64,000 bases of DNA from Dehalococcoidia bacterium (GTDB lineage: Bacteria > Chloroflexota > Dehalococcoidia > Plut-88900), in contig OZ240215.1 of NCBI GenBank assembly GCA_965197585.1, positions 2,848,001-2,912,000 on the forward strand, given 5' to 3'. The translations under genes were made by a program, and so were the position numbers. Shown piece after piece: positions 59,088 through 64,000 of the stretch. The notes under the pieces were generated by a model, which saw nothing but the letters and a program-made list of their open reading frames with translations, ran no database searches and was not told the DNA's origin. Within the stretch, counting starts at the first letter, position 1. The number at the start of each line of letters is the position of its first letter.

Positions 59088-60260
59088 ATGAATGTCGAAC
59101 ATGAGGATCATCGAACAGGGGTCAATGTATTACACAATCACGGGAACACTCCATTGAGAAACCGTCTGGAAAGTATAACTCTCAAGGGCTTCAAGACCAT
59201 AAAAGCCCTTGAGAACTTCGGCCCCAACAACCTTTCAGTTCTTATTGGACCGAACGGCGCAGGCAAGTCCAATTTTATATCCTTCTTTCGCATGATGAGT
59301 TGGATGTTAGCCGACCCTGAAAATTTGCAAGTTCACGTTGCCGAACAAGGTGGTGCCGGGAGATTGCTGCATGACGGCCCGGATAGAACCCGTGAAATCG
59401 AAGCAGAGCTGACCATTCGAACCGATGCCGGAGAGAACCAGTACGCCTTCCGACTATTCTTTGCAGCCGGTGATGTCTTGATCTTTGCCGATGAGCGTTA
59501 TCGGTTCTCCAGAGAAGGCTATGGCACAAAAGCGTCTTGGACATCAATCGGTGCTGGACATCGCTCGCCCGGTCTCCTAGGCAGAGACAACGTAGATATT
59601 ACAGCAGGCGTCATATTAAGCATTTTGAAGAGGATTAACGTATACCAGTTTCACAACACGTCGGCCACGGCCCGCATCCGTGGCAAGTGGAACGTTTTCG
59701 ACAACCGATACCTCAAAGAAGATGCCGCCAACATAGCTCCGGTTCTCTATCGCCTGAAGATGGAGGAAGGCGCACATTATCAACGGATTGTGGGCAACAT
59801 ACGTCTTGTACTACCGTTCTTCTCCGATTTTGAATTGGTTCCCTATTACGACAGCCTGCTCCTCAGTTGGCGCGAAAGAAACAGTGATCAGGTCTTCAAC
59901 GTTTCACAGGCCTCGGATGGTATGCTGCGCGTGATTGCGTTAGTCACGCTTCTCCTTCAACCCGAGATCGACCTACCGGACGTACTGATACTTGACGAGC
60001 CTGAACTTGGACTTCACCCTTACGCCATCAATGTGATTAGCGGGCTAATACGCGCCGTGTCTACCAGGGCACAAGTTATTATCGCCACACAGTCGGCGGC
60101 ATTTGTCGATTGTTTTGAGCCTGCCGACGTAGTCGTAGTAGAGCGAAATGGCCGAGAATCTTCCTTCCGCCGGCTCGATGAGAAAGACCTAGCCTTTTGG
60201 CTTGAAGACTATTCTCTCTCCGAGCTTTGGGAGAAGAATGTGCTCGGAGGAAGTCCTTAG
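59088..60260 (+). CDS. ABC-type ATPase (AAA_21-like)
   Basis: LKGFKTI, IGPNGAGKSN, SDGMLR, ILDEPELGLHP, ATQS. Confidence 0.9.
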   Translation: MNVEHEDHRTGVNVLHNHGNTPLRNRLESITLKGFKTIKALENFGPNNLSVLIGPNGAGKSNFISFFRMMSWMLADPENLQVHVAEQGGAGRLLHDGPDRTREIEAELTIRTDAGENQYAFRLFFAAGDVLIFADERYRFSREGYGTKASWTSIGAGHRSPGLLGRDNVDITAGVILSILKRINVYQFHNTSATARIRGKWNVFDNRYLKEDAANIAPVLYRLKMEEGAHYQRIVGNIRLVLPFFSDFELVPYYDSLLLSWRERNSDQVFNVSQASDGMLRVIALVTLLLQPEIDLPDVLILDEPELGLHPYAINVISGLIRAVSTRAQVIIATQSAAFVDCFEPADVVVVERNGRESSFRRLDEKDLAFWLEDYSLSELWEKNVLGGSP

Positions 60261-60952
60261 TGGAGATCAGGCTCAACTTCATCGTAGAAGGACAGACTGA
60301 AAGGACTTTCGTTAAGCAAATCCTTAAACCTCACCTCGCTGATATTTCGATCTGGGCTTCGGCACGCTGCGTTGAGACGAAGCGTTCAAGGAATCGCAAG
60401 TTCAGTGGAGGCATTCAAAAATATAGTCTTGTAAAGAAAGACATTCAGAATTGGATGAAAGAGGACCAAAATCCCAACGTTCGCTTCACTACCATGCTCG
60501 ATCTTTATGCGCTTCCGGCTGACTTCCCTGGCTACAAAATTGCTAAAGGAGTAACCGACCCCTATCAGCGAGCAAGAACACTAGAGGATGCTCTTGAAGA
60601 GGATATTGCCGACAACAGGTTGATTCCTTACATTCAACTACATGAGTTTGAGGCATTGTTGTTGGCTGATCCACTCAAACTCGGCACGGAGTTTCTCAAT
60701 AGCGAGACGGGGATACGCGAACTCGTTAGCCTAACTTCCCAATATGAGTCCCCGGAACTCATAGATGATGGGAGCAACACTGCCCCATCAAAAAGAATCA
60801 TTGCTGAAATACCTGAATATGAAGGAAGGAAGCAGTCCGCGGGGCCGAACGTCGCCGATAAGATAGGCTTGTCAACGTTGCGATCAAAGTGCACTCATTT
60901 CGATGGATGGGTGCGCACATTGGAGCTTCTTTCTGCTAATTACGCCGAATAG
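60260..60952 (+). CDS. DUF4276-family protein
   Basis: FIVEGQTE, TTMLDLY, PYIQLHEFEALL, PELID, APSKRI, CTHFDGW. Confidence 0.85.
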   Translation: MEIRLNFIVEGQTERTFVKQILKPHLADISIWASARCVETKRSRNRKFSGGIQKYSLVKKDIQNWMKEDQNPNVRFTTMLDLYALPADFPGYKIAKGVTDPYQRARTLEDALEEDIADNRLIPYIQLHEFEALLLADPLKLGTEFLNSETGIRELVSLTSQYESPELIDDGSNTAPSKRIIAEIPEYEGRKQSAGPNVADKIGLSTLRSKCTHFDGWVRTLELLSANYAE

Positions 60953-60985
60953 TAGTCAAAGCAAAACTAAGTGGAGGAATACAAC

Positions 60986-61381
60986 ATGGGAATTTCCCTG
61001 GCAGAAGCCAACAAGATGTGCGAAGTAGCCATGGCCAAGGCGGACGAGCTGGGCATAAAGATTAGCGCCGCCGTCTGCGACTCGGGAGGACGACTTATCG
61101 CCTTCAACCGGATGGACGGAGCGTTCTGGGCCAGCGTTTACGGGTCCCAGGGCAAGGCGACGGCCTCTACGGCATTTGGCCGGGCCAGCGTGCAGCTGAT
61201 GGAGCGAGCCGACCACCCGACCATCCGAGGCATCATCGCCGCTGACGACGGTCGCATGATCCCGGGCCAAGGCGCGATACCTGTCATCAGGAACGGCGTC
61301 GTTGAGGGTGCCTGCGGAGTCGGGGGCGGCACGGGTGAAGAGGACGAGGTCTGCGCCCAGGCTGCCGTGGACGCACTGTAA
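60986..61381 (+). CDS. GlcG/HbpS-family heme-binding protein
   Basis: AVCDSGG..RMDGA..KATAS..GACGVGGG..EDE. Confidence 0.9.
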   Translation: MGISLAEANKMCEVAMAKADELGIKISAAVCDSGGRLIAFNRMDGAFWASVYGSQGKATASTAFGRASVQLMERADHPTIRGIIAADDGRMIPGQGAIPVIRNGVVEGACGVGGGTGEEDEVCAQAAVDAL

Positions 61382-61426
61382 AACCCCCGCTCATCCTGAG
61401 CTTAGTCGAAGGGTCGAGCGGATGCT

Positions 61427-62338
61427 TTAGTCGGCTAGATTCAACGGCAGACCCTGAAGTTGCCCCACCCTCGCCCGAGCGTGTTCAACATATGCCGGGT
61501 TGATTTCGTAGCCGACATACCGGCGGTTGACCTGCACTGCCGCCTCGGCAGTCGTGCCAGAGCCCATGAACGGGTCCAGCACGATGTCTCCAACAAACGA
61601 GTACAGTTCGATCAGTCTCAGCGGAAGCTCGACGGGGAAGGGGGCGGGGTGGTTGGCCTTTTTCGCACTGGCCGCGGGAAAGCGCCAGATGCTCTTGGTG
61701 TATTCCAGGAACTCGTCCCGGCCTACGCTGTTCTCACCCGTCACCCGACGCTTGTACGCATCCTTGCAGAAGACCAGGATATATTCGTGGACGTCTCGCA
61801 AGACCGGATTGCTCGCCGACCTCCAGCTCCCCCATGCGCAGGACGAGCCTGCGCTAGCGCCCTTGTCCCAGATGATCTCGCCCCGCATCTGGAACCCGCA
61901 CTCACGAGCGATGTCCGTCAGGTAGGCGTGGAATGGTATGTAGGGAGTCCGCCCGACGTTGGCTATGTTGACACACGCGCGTCCGCCCCTCACGAGAGTA
62001 CGGTAAGTCTCCTTCAAGACGTGGGCCAGCATGTCCAGATATTCAGTCAGTGAAAGGTCGGCGTCATATTCCTTGGTTGCGCTGTAGGGTGGAGACGTGA
62101 TCATCAAGTGAACGGAGTTGTCGGGGAGGTGGTGCATGTCGCGGCTATCGGCGCAGTGGATGACGTCCAGCCGATCAGGGATGTTTTCTTGGTAGTTGGT
62201 CTGACTTTTGTCCGCGTCTCGCAAGCCTTTGTAGAGGGGCTGGTCATAGAAAGCCCGGGAGTCGTGGCCCTCCCGGCTCACCGTGCCGAAGGAGGAGGTT
62301 TTGCTGCGTTTTACAGTGCGTCCCATAGACCTATCCAA
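61427..62338 (-). CDS. Beta-class (probably N4-cytosine) DNA methyltransferase
   Basis: ITSPPY, HPAPFP, LDPFMGSG. Confidence 0.92.
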   Translation of the reverse strand: MDRSMGRTVKRSKTSSFGTVSREGHDSRAFYDQPLYKGLRDADKSQTNYQENIPDRLDVIHCADSRDMHHLPDNSVHLMITSPPYSATKEYDADLSLTEYLDMLAHVLKETYRTLVRGGRACVNIANVGRTPYIPFHAYLTDIARECGFQMRGEIIWDKGASAGSSCAWGSWRSASNPVLRDVHEYILVFCKDAYKRRVTGENSVGRDEFLEYTKSIWRFPAASAKKANHPAPFPVELPLRLIELYSFVGDIVLDPFMGSGTTAEAAVQVNRRYVGYEINPAYVEHARARVGQLQGLPLNLAD

Positions 62339-62886
62339 CGATCATACAAGGCTCGTTCCACCAACAGTGACTTGTCTCGCTTCCAGTCTATAGTTAACGA
62401 TTGAGTGTCCTGATGGGTTTGTAGGAGATGCATCGCTGTCTTTGAGAATTCCACTCCCCGAGGATTCGTTCCCCTGGGGGGCACTTTTGCGTAGTTGATA
62501 ATCGTCAATCGTTCTAATACCGTTCGTTGCACGTGTTCAGGGATCAGAAAGAAACTTCCCGTCTTGCCCCAGATTATGTTGATATAGAGTAGATGGCTGG
62601 TTGGCAAGTAAGTCTTAAGAAAGGCTTCGATCTTGTTCCAGTCCACCGTCCAAACCAGCTTTACTCCAGTGAGGCCCTTAGATGACTTCGTCTTTATTGA
62701 TAGGGGTTGGTTGTTGACCAGGACGTCTAATTCCGGTGAATTGCTTGGCGGAAATTCCACGCTCTTAGAGCCATACACATACATGAACAGTGCTATGAGC
62801 ACCCGCTCCCGCGCAGTCCCGACCTCCATCCCCAGCTTATTGCCCCGCCTGTTCTCCAACTCTACCATGTTAAACAGAGTCGGCAA
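62311..62886 (-). CDS. ThaI-like type II restriction endonuclease (start uncertain)
   Basis: GMEVGTARERVLIA, ELDV..LSIKT, GVKLVWTVD, PPRGTNPRGVE; adjacent MTase. Confidence 0.75.
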   Translation of the reverse strand: MPTLFNMVELENRRGNKLGMEVGTARERVLIALFMYVYGSKSVEFPPSNSPELDVLVNNQPLSIKTKSSKGLTGVKLVWTVDWNKIEAFLKTYLPTSHLLYINIIWGKTGSFFLIPEHVQRTVLERLTIINYAKVPPRGTNPRGVEFSKTAMHLLQTHQDTQSLTIDWKRDKSLLVERALYDRWIGLWDAL

Positions 62887-63050
62887 AACCTTCTGAATCT
62901 TCTCTTTGTAGGGAGAGCAAAACAGCTCATGCCCAAATGGGAGAGTGGAGTTTTGCGTTTCTATTGTCTATCCCCCATATGTGAGCAAGCAGCCTTCGGA
63001 TCACCCTCACTCTAGCTCTCCCACATCAAGGGGAGCACCCCCCACCCCCC

Positions 63051-64000
63051 CTAAGGCCGGAGCACGGAACTCATCGCCCGAGGCCCCTTCCTCACCCTCC
63101 TTGGGGAGGACTTGGGCTCGATGCGGACGGCGCAGACCTTGTACTCAGGTATCTTCGCCGAGGGATCGAAGGCCCGGTTGGTCAGGAAGTTGGCCGCCGA
63201 CTCCCGAAGCTTCACGAAGGGCACGAATATCTCGCCTTCCCGCACAGCCTCCGTCAACGCGGCCCGACCCTCCAGCTCACCCCTCCTGGACTCCACCCGC
63301 ACCTCTTCCCCGTCTCCGATACCCGCTCTTTTGGCGTCCCTGGGGTGAATGGATATCTCAAGGTCCGGGGCCCGTGCCATCAGCCCTTCCACCCGCCGGG
63401 TCATGGTGCCGCCGTGCCAGTGGTACAGCATCCTGCCGGTGTTGAGTATCAACGGGAACCTGCGGTTGGGCATCTCCGCGGCGGGCTCCGTCTGCTCCAC
63501 GGGCACGAACTTGCCTAGGCCCCTGGGGAAGCTGTCCTCGTAGAGGATTGGGGTGCCGGGGTGGTCGGGGGTGGGACAGGGCCATTGAATGCCGCCCTCG
63601 GCGTCCAGCCTCTCGTACGTTATGCCCGAAATTATCGGCGTGAGGGAGGCCATCTCTTCAAATATTTCCTTCGGGTGGCCGAAGTCGAACTGAGACTCGT
63701 CGAGACCCAGGCGCCGGTACACTCGACGCGAGAGATCACATGTGATATCCCAGTCGGGCCTGCTCTGCCCGACGGGCTTGATGGCCTTGCGCACCCGCTG
63801 GACCCGACGCTCGCTGTTGGTGAAGGTGCCGTCCTTCTCGGCGAAGCTGGTCGCAGGGAGCACCACGTCGGCTATTTCTGCAGTCTCGTGGAGGAAGATG
63901 TCCTGCACGACCAGGAACTTGAGGTTCTCCATGGCCTCGCGGGCGTGGCGGAGGTCGGGCTCGCTGAGAAGGGGGTTCTCCCCAACGACGTACATCGCCT
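63051..64000 (-). CDS. Formate dehydrogenase alpha subunit (molybdopterin oxidoreductase), C-terminal part
   Basis: VVQDIFLHETA, EKDGTFTNSERRVQ, LNTGR..HWHGGTMTRR, IPEYKVCAV. Confidence 0.92.
   Translation of the reverse strand, partial: AMYVVGENPLLSEPDLRHAREAMENLKFLVVQDIFLHETAEIADVVLPATSFAEKDGTFTNSERRVQRVRKAIKPVGQSRPDWDITCDLSRRVYRRLGLDESQFDFGHPKEIFEEMASLTPIISGITYERLDAEGGIQWPCPTPDHPGTPILYEDSFPRGLGKFVPVEQTEPAAEMPNRRFPLILNTGRMLYHWHGGTMTRRVEGLMARAPDLEISIHPRDAKRAGIGDGEEVRVESRRGELEGRAALTEAVREGEIFVPFVKLRESAANFLTNRAFDPSAKIPEYKVCAVRIEPKSSPRRVRKGPRAMSSVLRP

Overview
GC-rich bacterial chromosome segment. Gene content points to Chloroflexota/Dehalococcoidia (SAR202-like, possibly sponge-associated); this is an inference. 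Housekeeping and catabolic genes (GAPDH end, DUF2298 glycosyltransferase, 3 SDRs, MFS, msrB, HIT, yqeK, 8 acyl-CoA dehydrogenase paralogues, amidohydrolase, formate dehydrogenase end) are interleaved with TA, R-M and other accessory genes and three families of REP-like palindromes. Main candidate for a new system: a minimal phage-derived DNA-packaging/virion module at 13009-26409 (minus strand: TerS-like, small membrane protein, TerL, Cys-rich HTH, portal, scaffold, major capsid, adaptor, one tail-like protein). It has no recognisable integrase, replication, tape-measure or endolysin genes. It is split into two operons whose promoters share an identical layout (AAAAGTGACA-N8-TTGACT-N18-TAT(T/A)(A/T)T with a LexA-like box in the spacer), suggesting a domesticated, possibly SOS-controlled GTA-like particle. 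Other highlights: an IS110 element whose bridge-RNA guides can be read directly and target a host REP; REP-flanked GIY-YIG and DUF559 nucleases; repeated cargo insertions that leave displaced copies of gene 3' ends; and a dense GATC cluster in front of a DpnA-like MTase facing a PLD-DpnI-winged-helix nuclease. All family calls come from motif recognition by eye, not database searches.
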